From contig MU054187.1 of the NCBI GenBank assembly GCA_013239625.1, positions 21,083,280-21,147,279 of the forward strand: a DNA stretch of 64,000 nucleotides, given 5' to 3'. Each line of letters opens with the position of its first letter. The first letter of the stretch is position 1. Below the pieces are notes generated by a model. It did no database searches. It was not told the origin of the DNA and saw nothing but the letters and a program-made list of their open reading frames with translations. Positions 24,618 to 37,669 of the stretch are shown in pieces. This stretch comes from Lama guanicoe (taxonomy: Eukaryota). The position numbers and the translations under genes were made by a program.

Positions 24618-27600
24618 AAGAATCCTGACAGTTTGCCATAAAACATATGTGGACATTAAGTTAGACTGTAAAATACCCTGTGCAACTATCCGTATTTTTA
24701 GAGATTGTTAGGTTATACCACTGTCTATATAATATAGTGACTTCTCTACACAGACCACAGGAGCGTTTTCTCCCAGACTTCAGCTCCAAGACTAGCTGTA
24801 CTTCTCCTGAGCAGCAACTTTTTTAAACATTACGGACGCTGCAATTGAATGTTTTTCACTTACGATGACCACCTTATCCCTTGGAGCTAATACGGTTGTT
24901 CACCTCCAGAAAATGTACAAAACTGCAAGATATATGTTTTGTCTACAGATACAACCCAGGCTTATTTTATTTCCCTTCCTTTCTTTTTTCCTTTCTTTGA
25001 ATGTCCTCACTTGTTTTTTTCCTTCAGTTATAGCCTGGCACCGAGTAAAGTATGCATACATATTAATATTAATATTTTATTTCATAACAGGGAAGAGCTT
25101 CATTTTAACTGTATGCTTTGGGGACAGGATAGAATATTTTTAAAGTATATAAAAAGCCAAGTGTCCTAATATATCCTTTTAGACTGGCTGGGGAGTTATT
25201 AAACATAAGACATCTGTAATTGTTAGGAAATTTTCATGTTTCTTTAGATGACAAGACTCTAAAGGAACAGGCCTTCTTTCTTTTTCAGGGATTTAAACTG
25301 CTTCTGATGACAGTTCAAACAGAGTCATAACCATAACTGCCGTTGACAGTAGAAGCAGAAAGTGAGGGCCACCCATTAAGAGGTCCACGACTGGACTGTG
25401 CCTAAGGCATGTGGTTCTGTGGGGCAGAAATGATGCTCAGCGTGCACTTGGCAGAGCCTCAGAGAGTAATGCCCTCCAGAGACACTGGTCTTGCCCTGCA
25501 CCGGATTAGATACAAGACTGAAACCTACAGGCAGATTCTTGTTTGCTTATTTGTTTTTATTTGAGGATAATTATAATTGTGTGTGTGTACCTGTGCGTGT
25601 GTGTGCGTGTGTGGTTGTTTTAGCCCGCTTTTTCTTGGGCTTTGCAAAGTGGACTTAGTATGCCACAGCCGTTGGCTGTGTCTGATGTCTGTTAATCTTT
25701 GCAAAGGGTTCATTTCATTATTACATTTTTACTTGAAGCCTCCATCACAGAATCACACACAGTGGAAAGCTGGTCTATTACTCTTATTTTCACAAGTGTT
25801 CGAGTGCATATTTGATTCGTTTCAGTGTTGTTAGAAAATTAATACGGCATTATTTTTCTGATGAGGTTTTCCATTGTAGTCACTATAGAAATGGAGCTAA
25901 TCATGCCAGCTCATTCAAGGAACATAGCTTCGGGATTGAATGTGGTTTTTTTTTTTCCCTTTATATCAAAATGTAGTTTTCTAATAGAGATACTGAATGC
26001 TGTGTATTCAAATATCTTTAAAGGAATACTTAATTCAGAATTGAGTGCCAAGAAGCTGTGGAAGATTATTCATCCATGTAGATACAATTATATTGTGGTG
26101 GATAATGGATTTGTGTTATTCTTAATGTCTATACATGGCCATGGCGAGACTGAAATTGTTTTTATAACTTTTCAGTACATTGAACGAAAGAAAAGTATGA
26201 CAGTAGAAAGCATCTGATAAATTAAATGTGACATGTTTTTTATCCATGTAAAATGGTTTCTGAGCAGCTGGTAATTGTGAATATTTCAGCAGTCATTTTT
26301 GATGTGGAAAACTTCTCCTGTGTTCAGTACTAATGAGTTGTGAGTTGTACTTCATCAAATTGACAGTTTCCTTACTTTTGTAAATAGGTGTGTGATATAC
26401 CTTGTAAAAGCTGATAGGAGAAGCTCAACTCACCTTGTAAGCAATAGAGTTTTCTCTTCTCTCCCTCTCTCTGTCTTGCCATCAACTTTTCCTCTAAGGG
26501 AAGATAATATGAAGAAAGTCTCACCTTGCCTAGGTGCTTGATAAATTTCCAGCATCATGTTATGTACCACAGCATATACTACCCACTGGATAATTTTTAC
26601 AGCTCAGATCAGCTCAAAGAAAATTGAAACTCTGCATTGGCTAAAATTGAGTGCACCAAGAAATCAGAGATTGTTCAAAATGTTTTGATATGAAATACTT
26701 CTTTCATTGTCATTTTTAATATAAATTAGTTTTAAAGAATAAAGGATTGCCTTAGACATTCCTCCAACACTTACTTGGAATATACCAAGAATATTTTTCC
26801 AAGGAATATTTTTTACAACAGTAATCTTCTGAATAATTCTCTGAAGTGGGAAGTTTATGCACAGTCCCATTTTAGAGGTGAAGGAAGTTACATAGAGATG
26901 AGTGCTAGTCACTGACAGACACAGAGACACTTGTGCTTTAATATATAGTACTGATTTCCTAAGTGATGGAAACGAATTAATCTAGCTGTACTAGCAACAT
27001 GGAAGCACAGAGAATAAGAATTATCCAAAGAGAACTAAAGATGCTGAGATCAATTAATCAGGTGGTATATTTTAATAAATCTAAAAGGCTGAAATTAGCT
27101 GTGGTCCTGGAATTAATAAAACCCATTGGAACTGATTGAGTGTTATTAGTAATATCAACCCAACTCATTCTCCAGGGAAATATTATATATTAAGATTTCT
27201 ATTCAAATAAGCACATTATTATGAACTGTGAGTAGAGATGCAACTTAGTGTTCAGCGGTTGCCAGACTTTCACAAGAACCAGTGCTCTTTGATCTGTTTT
27301 ATACTCTGGGATTCTATATAATATTACCCTGAAAAAAGAGGTCCAGTGCTAACTAACATATTGTCTGACTGCTAGTCATCTGTATCTTCAGGCAGACTTC
27401 CAGTGATAATAATTTAGAATTTCACTAGTAGAAATAATGATGACCCTTAAGGCTCTTAAAGAACATTACTGTTTTCCAAGGAATTTCATTTTGATGCTTC
27501 TGGAAATATGTCAAAATTGGTAACGTGAAAGCACTTCCAAAATTAGAGCCTAAAATTCTGAATAAAATATCGGAAATCTTTTATACAGGCATAGATGCGT

Positions 27601-28154
27601 TCACAAATAATTACGGGATATCCTCAAAAACCACAAGAGCCAGAGAGCACCAAATACCAACAGAGCCCCAAAACCGACCCAGACCGAGTCCTACAGGATC
27701 TGAAGGTGGGGTTAACCCAGGGCTGGGAAGCAGGAATTGGGGTCAATCTCAGTCTCTAGGCTTGTGATTCCCCATGTGCCCATGTGAACAAAGTTGTAGT
27801 TTTCAATCTACTACATATATTGGAACCACCGAAGGACTGTAACCTAGGTGGACTAGAAACCATTCCTCCATTAGCACGTGGAAATGGCAAGGAAACCTGC
27901 AGTTAGCTGAAATCGACTTTTGGCTCTTCCTAGTCCTGCTAACAGGAGGACCCAGTGCAAACCTGGTGCTTCTCCATGAAATCGTGCCTTCTCTTTATGA
28001 GACAGGTATCAACGTCTCTACTAAACCTTGCCTTTTCTAGATATTACACTTTTTTTTCCCAATATGTTTGTGTGGTATGGCCTTGACTATTACATAATAA
28101 TATTAATTTTGTTCTTAGCTTGGTTAAACATGCAGGTTAACATGCAGCAATTTT

Positions 28155-28283
28155 GGGGGGCAGGGTATATAGCTCAGTGGTAGAGCGCATGCCTAGCATG
28201 CTTGAGGTACCTCCATTAAAACAAACAAACAAACCTGACCCCCCCAAAACAAAACAAAACAAAACAAGAAAAGAAAAACAAAT
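28155..28283 (+). mobile_element. vic-1-type tRNA-derived SINE with internal deletion
   Basis: gggtatatagctcagtggtagagcgcatgcctagcatgc A-box head; B-box segment missing; A/C-rich tail. Confidence 0.85.
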
Positions 28284-28460
28284 AGAATGTAGCGATTCTG
28301 TGTTCAAATTCTGGCTCTTTCATCCTGGTTTCCTTGACTGCAAATTTGCTTGAGCTATTAATCAGGTTAGTAGACATGCAGTCCCTTAGCACCTGGCACA
28401 TAGTAAGTGCTTAATATTTTCCTTTTTAAATTGCTGCTTGTCTATAATAAAATCAGTTTT

Positions 28461-28663
28461 ACCTGAAACAGACTCATAGACATAGTAAACAATCTTACGG
28501 TTACCTGGGGGAAGGGGGTGGGAAGGGATAAATTGGGAGTTCGAGATTTGTAAATATTAACTAGTGTATATAAAATAGATGAACAACAAGTTTCTTCTTT
28601 ATGGCACAGGGAACTATATTCACTATCTTGTAGTAACCTATAATGAAAAAGAATGAAAAAAAT

Positions 28664-28700
<37 letters not shown>

Positions 28701-28765
28701 ACTGAAACATTATGCTGTACACCAGAAATTGACACAACATTGTAAATTGACTATACTTCAATTAA
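28461..28765 (+). mobile_element. Camelid L1 3' end with internal (GT)n
   Basis: gaaacagactcatagacatag…accagaaattgacacaacattgtaaattgactatacttcaatt; perfect 15-bp TSD AATAAAATCAGTTTT (28446-28460, 28766-28780). Confidence 0.92.
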
Positions 28766-28919
28766 AATAAAATCAGTTTTGCATTTATGTGCCTACAATC
28801 ATGTCATGTCAGTGTGAACCAGGTTAAAAAAATTGTTTAGATATGCTTCACTTATCTTGAAGTCACTATTCAAGACATTATTCAATGGTGATAAATATCC
28901 ATTATTTGTAAGTTCTTAA

Positions 28920-29185
28920 AGGTAGAGTCTTTGGAGTCTGCCTTGGGCTGTTCCAGCTCCTGAGTTCCAGCTCTTAGCACTAACTTCAGTGGGAACCTGG
29001 AAAATTCACTTAACATCTTTTCCCTCAGTTTTCCCAAGTGTAGAATATAGTAGGCAATAATAGGTCATACCTCACAGAATCTTAATGAGGATTTAATTAG
29101 GTTACATATGTAAAGTGATTAACACAGAGCATGGCACATGGTAAGGAGTAGATGCTATTATCATTATCATCATCATTATCATTGT
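28920..29185 (+). mobile_element. MIR SINE
   Basis: cacttaac…cctcagttttccc…acctcacag…tgaggatttaa…atgtaaagtg…tggcacatggtaag core. Confidence 0.8.
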
Positions 29186-31349
29186 TATATGGACAAGAAA
29201 AATATTTTTAATTGAGCTGAAGTGGCAAGTTAAATGCAATATAAATATACACACACATACACTAAAATTGCTGTACTTTACCGTACACGTTATCTTAGAG
29301 GAGAACCAAACTGTTGCTCAGGAAATCATTACTCAGGAATTTTTTCAAAAGAAAAAAGCCTATTATAAAGTTGGCAAATTCACAGTAGCAAAAGCTGTTA
29401 ACAGTACCCGGACAGTGAGTGAGGGCACAGGACACTGTTTAAAAATATTTATCTATAAAACTCAAAAAGCATTGTCATCCCAAGTCCTTTAGTGTGAGAA
29501 CAGCTGGACCTACACACATTCATCACTGTGAAGGCATCAGCTCAGAGATAACAGAGAAATATTTAACCCACTTCACAGAAATAAAAATTAAACCAAAAGC
29601 TTTGGTGTTTAAGGTGTGAGTTTCCATTATCTAAGGGAATCAGTGAAGGTGTTTATTTCCAAATGGTGATGGGTAAGCCAAGGGTTCCTGTGATTGCTTA
29701 CTGAATAGATAAGCGTTTGTCCTAGACTTCATGTGCCAGTTACTCCTGGGTGTGGTACAGTGGGATCCAGTCAAGGTCATGCGGATTCAGCTCATGTCAC
29801 TTCTGCGTGTCTGAGCCATATTTTGTTTAGTCAAGTTGTGCTTTGCTTTGGCTTCCGTCCCTATAGGAAAAGAGATGATCTGGATGGGAAAGTCTGTTGA
29901 AGCCGGTGCTTTGTCCATCTGTAAACACTACACATAATGTGTATCAGATGAGCAGAATCCCAGCGAGGCCTCCTGCTTTTTCTCCTGTTTGGAATTTGAA
30001 ACAGGGGTCACAATAGAAGTATGCAAATCTCTCAAATGCAAAGATAACTCTAAAAAGTGAAACAAAATGCTTAACCATTGATCATTTGGTAGGCATCATA
30101 GAAGAATGAAATCAATCCACGTTCAAAGTGGATCCAAAACTGACAGCTGTGAGTCCTGGTATTAAAGAATAATTTCTATCAGAGAGATGTGTTCTAAAGA
30201 TTTAGTGCTATAGGTTACCTCTCTATGAAAATTCATGGGAAAATCCTCTCACAGGAAGGCACAAAGGATATTTACTGTCAATAGCTTTATACCATTAGCA
30301 AGTTATATTCACAGTGGTAATGAAATATTAGTTCTGTCAGTTTCTTACAATTTATGGGACTTTTGCAGACCTTCAGCAATGCAGATAAGCTTTGCTATGC
30401 TTACTCGGAATATCGGATATATCCTCCTTGCACTTTGCAAAGCAAATAAAGTACACACATTTGTCAGTCCTGACATTGATCCCTTCCTTCCTAGCTCAGC
30501 AAAGAATCATCTAAATAATACAAAATTGAAAAAAAAATGGAAGGCCAAACAAAATAAGCATGCTTATATCTTATAATTGAAATATTTAAAGGAATACATG
30601 AGTTAAGTAATTCCACTCCGAGTTAAAGTTAGCTTTTTTATTTTCTTAATTCTCCCCCTCTAAAAAAACTACATACAAACAGATGACTAATCACAGTCTG
30701 GTACTTTTTTTTCACAATTAAAGAAAAAAAGTAACAACTTATATAAAATTTTTAATGTCATCATATGGAACCTTCCCTGAGATAGGGCAGTTGGTTTACT
30801 GATCGTGCTTAGAAAAACCCCCAGGGTGTCGAATTTCACATTAAAATGACTAATATTTCTTAAAGTGTCCATTTTTCATTAAGAATGTAGTCTTGTTTAA
30901 CTGGGATTTCATTTTTTTATAAAGGCATCTGCCACAGGGGAAGGGAACTTTGAAATGGAGCTTACTTCCTCTTCAGTTGTTACTTTATAGCAATTGCAGC
31001 TCATGATCTCACAGAGGAGTATATGATGAAGTATAATACAAATTGGCCTATTAAGAAATGCTTGTAATTCTGACAGTTAATCAAGAAAAAGCATGTTTCA
31101 TTACGTAAAGTTGGAAAACGATATTGTTTTCAAAAGACTCTATTACCATACTTTTTGAACATGACCAGTATCTTCTTTTAAGACATCCCCAGCCTGTCCC
31201 TCTCCAGCCCCACTTGTTTCTGATCTTCTTTCTGTTTCTGTATTTTAGAACATGTAGGCACACTCCTTCACTTATGCAATAATGGAAATTGAGCACCGAT
31301 CACGAGCCAGGCTCTGTGCTAGATGCTAGTGTTAAAAATCTGTGAACCA

Positions 31350-31486
31350 AGCACCGGGAACTATATTCAGTATCTTGTAATAACCTTTAATGAAAAAGAA
31401 TATGAAAATGAATATATGTATGTATATATGACTCAAACATTATGCTGGTCACCAGAAATTGACACATTGTAACTGACTATAATAAA
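31350..31486 (+). mobile_element. Camelid L1 3' end inserted in an L2 remnant
   Basis: agcaccgggaactatattcagtatcttgtaataacc…accagaaattgacacattgtaactgactat; TSD AAAAATC(T/A)GTGAACCA. Confidence 0.88.
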
Positions 31487-32949
31487 AAAAATCAGTGAAC
31501 CAGAAAGACCCCATTCACTCTTGGGGGTCTTCACGGAGGCTAGTGAGGACATCACCTAATAGCTAGAACTCCAGTGTGGGCTGTGGGACAGTTCAGATGC
31601 GACTGCTGGCTGGCAGTTTTCCGACTTGTTCCACTTTACCTTTGTCTGTCCTTCCTCTCTGTGAAGCTTCCTTTCACCTCTCCAACCTGCATTAATTTTT
31701 CTTTATTTGGGACCCCCGTTGTGCCTTCTAAGCATTTCTGTTCTTCCTCTTCTCCACAATTACTCTGAACGCAGTGTTTTGCTTGTTTGGATGTTTCCAC
31801 CCTAGACTGAAGTTTGTTACTGCAAGTTCTCTATTTTATCTTCCTTTGTAGCCACAGCCTTTGGTGAGGTGCCTGGCTTTATGGTACTTATTCAATGAAT
31901 AATAATAATAATATAATAATAATACATGAAATATAATAATAATAATGAGGAATAAAATATTGCAATAATAATAATGGGTAAAATATTATATCGCTTAATT
32001 TTTAAATTAATTTCTTTGAATACTTAAACAGGTTGACATCCAGCATCTGGATTTGCCAAACTGAAATGACCGGACAACCTCAGATGCTTCTATTAATGGT
32101 GGCAGTGACTGATGGACAGGCTAGCTTTTCTTTAAACACAACTTTATTATTCATGTTGATTTTTGTATTATAAGTGGCTACTGTTTATCATGAGAGTTTA
32201 CTTATATTTATAGCAGGGATTTAATAAATATGTCTTGTGTGAATGAATAAATGATTATTCTCGTTGCAGGGGAAATTGATAAATGAAAGTTTCTCATGTT
32301 TCTTTCAGGCCTGGAGTTTTGATGCCAAAATGTTGATTTTATTGGAGACTTGAAAATTAATGCGGTCCAGAGCTTGAAAGTGAACATGTCAGAATACACA
32401 GGAGTGTACACAAATGGAAATTCTAATACGAAGGAATTAACATTTATGAAATATTTATACTAAGTATGTTTACGACTATAGGTTTTTGGCCCCTCCATCT
32501 TGTTATTATTAAGAACCCTAAGCTCTTGACATCTTTGCTTTGAGGTTCCTCTCATTTCTTTTTCATTTTTTCATCTTTCTTGTGCAGCTTCTATACTTGA
32601 CCATTGTCTGCCATCCCATCAAAACCACATCTCTGATACCTGTAACCTTTACTATGTTAAGATTTCTGCTTCCTCCCCTAACCATCGGAGACCTTGTTTT
32701 CTATCTCTTACTACTTCATCTGTGATTCTGGGCTTCAGAGAAGCCCTGCTAATCTGTCCTCTCTAAGGACAGTAGCTTGGCCCTTGTCGATGAGTTAGAA
32801 TCTGTTCCTATTAAGTTTTGATCTAATACATCTTTCCTCAAAGTTAATTTTTACCTATAGGTTCATCTTGGTTCTAACTCAGGCAAGGGCATAAGCCCCT
32901 ACTGTCTGTTTTCTGAGCAGAAAAAAACAAAGCATGCATAAGAGACCCC

Positions 32950-33480
32950 GGACATTTTAGTGCTCTCAGCGTTTGTGTGGCTTTGCTTTGACTGGGATCG
33001 GCAGCTCCAGCTTCTCCGCAGAGTTAGTGTCTGCAGCTTTGCTATTCAGGCTCTGTTGCCAGAATCACTTCTGAGTAAAGATCTTGCCATTTGGCGTCTT
33101 TCTGCTGGGCCATCTTGGCAATTGCCGTGGCTTTTCCAGAGACCGAGTTTGCTGTTTGATGCCACAACTGAACTTGAAATCGTCCTGCATGCATTTTTTC
33201 CTGTATCCTTTGTTGGCTGTTGCTCCATTTCCGTACACCTTGCAAGATGCTGAATGGCCCACTGGCATGCATTCCTCTCAGGCCAGTCTTGCAGCGAGAT
33301 TGCCTTGAACATCAATTGACAGAGCTGGTTATTTCAGCCAGTCCCTTGTCCATTTCATGTGCCCAGGTGTCCGGGTGGAGCTGAGCGGATCATTGCACAA
33401 TGCCAGGCAGTTGGACCAACAGGAACAATTACTGCTTTATCGACCTTCAACAGTTTTCTAGAGTTCAAACTAATAAGAAA
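32950..33480. promoter_or_regulatory. Candidate conserved regulatory element
   Basis: Repeat-free and richer in GC and CpG than its flanks; several TTGGC/GCCA half-sites, TGACAG and ACAAT motifs; inference only. Confidence 0.3.
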
Positions 33481-34344
33481 ACCGTGTTCCAGCAGCTTCT
33501 CAAAAGCTTTCAATTTATATATTTAACTCAGTCCTACAAACATTTATTGAGAACCAACTTGTTTATAGATTGCAGGCCTATGATAGAAAGTTTGTGGGGT
33601 GTGTGTGTGTGTAAATTAACATTAAGATAAGTGGAAAGCTCTGACATTCTGGGTCCACTCCCTTATGGTTAAAGGTGCCCTCACCTGCCGGCTGAGCTGT
33701 GCCGAGTCCTTCAGGGAACCCTGACGCAGGCTGGGCCGGGAGAAGCAGTCTGCCGCCACTGGTAAGACTGGCTGCTCTACGCTTTGGGATCATTGTGTCT
33801 GAGATTAGGGGCCAGGCACCCCCAGATCCAGGAAGCACCCAGTAAGAGACTATATTCACTGATTTCTCCTGGGTTTACCTTCTTACCTAAGTTTTGTCAT
33901 ATTTTTAGACCATAGCTGGAAGCAGGGCCTAAAACCCATTTTACTTGGTTAGGATCTCAGGCACTCTATTTAATGATTACACCTAGGTCTTCATGAGCCT
34001 AGGTCTACAATTTAGGCCATTTGCCCAGAACACTCAGCTCTTGCCCCTTTCCCGTTTATGTAACAAAACATACTGACAATGGTGCTAAGCACTTTGTACA
34101 GATTATATCCGGTTCTCACAATAACCTTATGTATTACAGTTTAAAAAAACTGTACAAGTAGAAAAGCTGAGATCTAAGCCCACATCAGTCTTTGACTTAA
34201 TTTGGAGTACCGTAAGCCCCCCAGAACTTCTGCTGCTGCATCCTTCCTAGCAGACTGGACACCTTTGCTCAGCCGGTCAATCGTGGGTTGTTATCTGAGC
34301 TTCACATTCTGTCATCTGCCTTTGTATCTTCTCTCCTCTGACTC

Positions 34345-34830
34345 AGTCTTGTGTCCAATCAGTATCTCTCATTTTTAATTGCAGTCAGCAGGTACAGGCT
34401 TTAAATAGCAAAGGCGTCAGTTATAAGGTACTTGGTAGCTCATGGAATCGGTGGGGGTCCTGGAGAACCAGGCTTGAGGCTAAATCGTCAGAAGATAAGC
34501 TTGCAAACATGCCGCAAGGGCATTAGTCCCGTGGCTACCACCAGGAATAGTCAGATGCCACTGCAGGACCCCTCCCTAACCCTCCAACACAAGTAGAAGC
34601 GTCTTTCTCACAGTATTCCCATTCAAACGCAGGTGTCTCAATGTCTGCATTCGATTTCTGGAGACTGGATCACATGTCTGCACCTCAATTTATGGAAACT
34701 TGGCAGTTTCAGCTTGGGCTTTGAAACTGGAATGGTGGAAGTCATATTTGGGAAATTTGTTCAAGCACTGAAGGGCTTTTCAAAAGATAGTGTGCAGTCC
34801 CACGTATGACCGATGCCCACCACAGCTGGC
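34345..34830. mobile_element. Old MaLR LTR (MLT1N/O-like)
   Basis: ggtagctcatggaatc…ctggagaaccaggctt…gatttctggagactggatcacatgtctgcacc; similar layout to 52244-52750. Confidence 0.5.
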
Positions 34831-36005
34831 TAGCCTATAACTTAAGTACCCCCATACCACATACTCTCCACTCCCAAACATCTCCTTCAGTCGACCAATT
34901 CACAGGCCCCAAAGGCAAACTTTAATAAGATTTTGATAACATTTGCTAAAAAGCAGACTGTGCAGAAGCAGATGCAGTTGAGTGCTATTTGCAAAGTTTT
35001 TCCTGGAGTGAAGAAATCATTTCTTAATATTTGCCCATGAATTCAGGTTTCACAATTATTTTTCTTGTGTTTATAATGTTCTTTTGAAATCTCTGTTGTC
35101 CCTGGTTTGCCCAGTACTGTGCTGATCTGCCTGGGGTCCTGGAGATGAAGTGAGTCAGTAAGTAAGTCCTGTGTCCATTGCTCCAGGATCAGGGCACTGG
35201 TGCACTTCATAAAGGCACTGTAATCAGAGAGCTGCACCATGTACAGTGACAAGCGCCCCTTTCGCATTATTACCATGACAATGCTGCCAGATAAGCAAAA
35301 CAGAAATAAAACCCCAGCAGAAAATGGCTGCAAGTAATTAGGGGCACGGAGCTCTGTGGTGACTAAAATGCTGTAATTAGAAGGGAGGATTTGGAGCACT
35401 CTTTGAAGGAGAGCGATCGATCGAAGGGTCATTTTCTCTGCCCAGAAGAGCTTTTTCAGCTGTCTTTGTTCAGTGGCAAAAGGAAGTTATTTTGGAGCCA
35501 AAAATGACCCTGGGCTCTCAGGACCTGGGACCCCCTTGGGATGGGAAGGGAGCGTGCTGGGGCTTTGGGTTAGTGTTATGACATGTTTTTTTGGAATCAT
35601 GTTGTTAATAGCAAAACAGACTATCAGAAATAATAATGATGAATAATTTATTCCCTTCCGTTTGTTCCGGATTACTCTTGCTTTCAATGTCAAATATCAT
35701 GCAGTATTACTTTAGGTGAAATGCTTGTTTAGGACACCCTAGTCAAACCCGTTCCACACTGAGTAACAATTTACTGTCACCTTAGATCTGATTAAGCAGA
35801 TATTTTGTTTTGAATGTTCTAAAGAGATTGATAACTAAGAGGAAACTTCGAATCTGAATTCATGTTCCTATATTCTTTGTCTAAAAGTGATCATGATATT
35901 GTGTACTTTTATTCACATGGCTTACCCCACAGGCTGTTGGCTGCTGTGGTTTATTTTGAATGTGTATTTTGGATTCGGGTATCCATTTTAAAAGGTGTTT
36001 AACTC

Positions 36006-36607
36006 TTTCTTTTTTTAAATGAAGTATAGTCACAGTGTGTCAATTTCTGGTGTACAGCACAATGTCCCAGTCCTGCGTATACATATATACTCATTTTCAT
36101 ATTCCTTTTCATTAAAGGTTATTGCAAGGTATTGAATATAGTTCCCTGTGCTATACAGAAGACATTTTTTTATCTATTTTTTATATATAGTGGCTAACAT
36201 TGGCAAATCTCAAACTCCTAAATTTATCCCATCCCACTCCCTTTCCCCAGTAACCATAAGATTGTTTACTACGTCTGCAAGTCTGTTTCTTTTGTAAATG
36301 AGTTCATTAGTGTCCTCTTTTTTCTTTTTTTTTTCTTTTTTTTTAGGTTCCACATATGAGTAGCACATGGTATTTTTCTTTCTCTTTCTGTCTTACTTCA
36401 CTTAGAATGACGATCTCTAGGTCCATCCTTGTTATTGCAAATGGCATTATTTTATTCTTTTTTTATCACTGAGTAGTATTTCATTGTATAAATATACCAT
36501 AAGTTCTTTATCCCATCATCTGCTGATGGACATGTAAGTTGCTTCCATGCCTTGGCTACTGTATATAGTGCTGTTTTCCATCATGGCTGCACCAAACTAC
36601 CTTCTCA
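36006..36607 (-). mobile_element. Camelid L1 3' end (ORF2 C-terminus + 3'UTR) with internal deletion
   Basis: Antisense L1 (tgaagtatagtc…tcaatttctggtgtacagc…gtccatcc..gtt…tgcaaatggcattatttt); 17-bp TSD TAAAAGGTG(T/G)TTAACTC at 35989-36005 and 36608-36624. Confidence 0.92.
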
Positions 36608-37360
36608 TAAAAGGTGGTTAACTCCTGATTACTTGTACTTAGCATTACATAATCCCAGGAAATAGGGGGACTTGTCCACCTCTCAGGGGTGACTTGGATT
36701 TCCTTCTACTAGACTGCTGACCAGTGGATAACTGACTTACACCTACGGTATCCCTGGCGTGTGGCTACCTTGCTGTTCTTGAATATAGCCCATTTTGTCT
36801 TTGGACTGTGCTCTCTGATGAACTGTCCTGAAATTTTTCTCTTGGTGATGTCTTCTCATTTGTCCCAGTGAGTTCCCGTAAGATTAGTAATTTTTGTTTC
36901 TGTTTTGCTGTTTATCTGTAGCATAATTTGGTGGCTCCACAACTTTATTAGAGAATATATGAAGTGCTTGGTATTTCAGACTACTTTGAAATACATATTG
37001 TGCTTATTATATATTTATAATAATAAATATATATTTATTTTGGCATTTTAAAATATTGATTACATTTTCAGTTTAATTAAGAAGAAGTAATTTAAAGTTT
37101 ATAGAGACTGGATAGGATGGGAATGAGAGTTTTTGCAAAGTGACATAGAGAAGTGAATTTCACAGCATGTGATAATTGTTCATTTTTACATGGGGATTTA
37201 TACCTGTAAGCCTGACTTTTACCCTACAGTGGAGACAGAGCTGCAGAGAAAGTTGTTCTCTTGACCTTGAAGCAAGTTGATTAGGAGAGCTGTCTAATTA
37301 GGAAAGTTTTTTCTACCAGTATCTTCTAAATCGTAAAATAAACTAAAAATTAAATAATTT

Positions 37361-37472
37361 GGGGGGTAAGAGGGGTAGAGCTCAGTGGCAGAGCAAACAC
37401 TTAGCATGCATGAGGTACTGAGTTCAATCCCCAGTACCTCCATTAAAAAACAAAAATAAAATAAATTAAAAA
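37361..37472 (+). mobile_element. vic-1-type SINE
   Basis: agctcagtggcagag…cttagcatgcatgaggtactgagttcaatccccagtacctcc plus A-rich tail. Confidence 0.9.
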
Positions 37473-37545
37473 GTAATGTAATTCTTTATTTTTAGTTTTT
37501 AATGAGCAATTTATTCACTAGATTTTTTTTGTCTGAGCTTTAGTC

Positions 37546-37669
37546 TTTTTTTAAACATTTTTTTATTGAGTTATAGTCATTTTACAATGTTGCGTCAAAT
37601 TCCAGTGTAGAGCACAATTTTTCAGTTATACATGAACATATATATATATTCATTGTCATATTTTTTTTT
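37546..37669 (-). mobile_element. Young camelid L1 3' end
   Basis: Antisense of the same terminus as 24388-24617 (aacattttttattgagttatagtcattttacaatgttg…caaattccagtgt). Confidence 0.88.

Noticed and set aside
25289..25362. Possible exon (polypyrimidine tract-AG … GTGAG)
   Set aside because: There are stop codons in all three frames; it could at most be non-coding and has no other support
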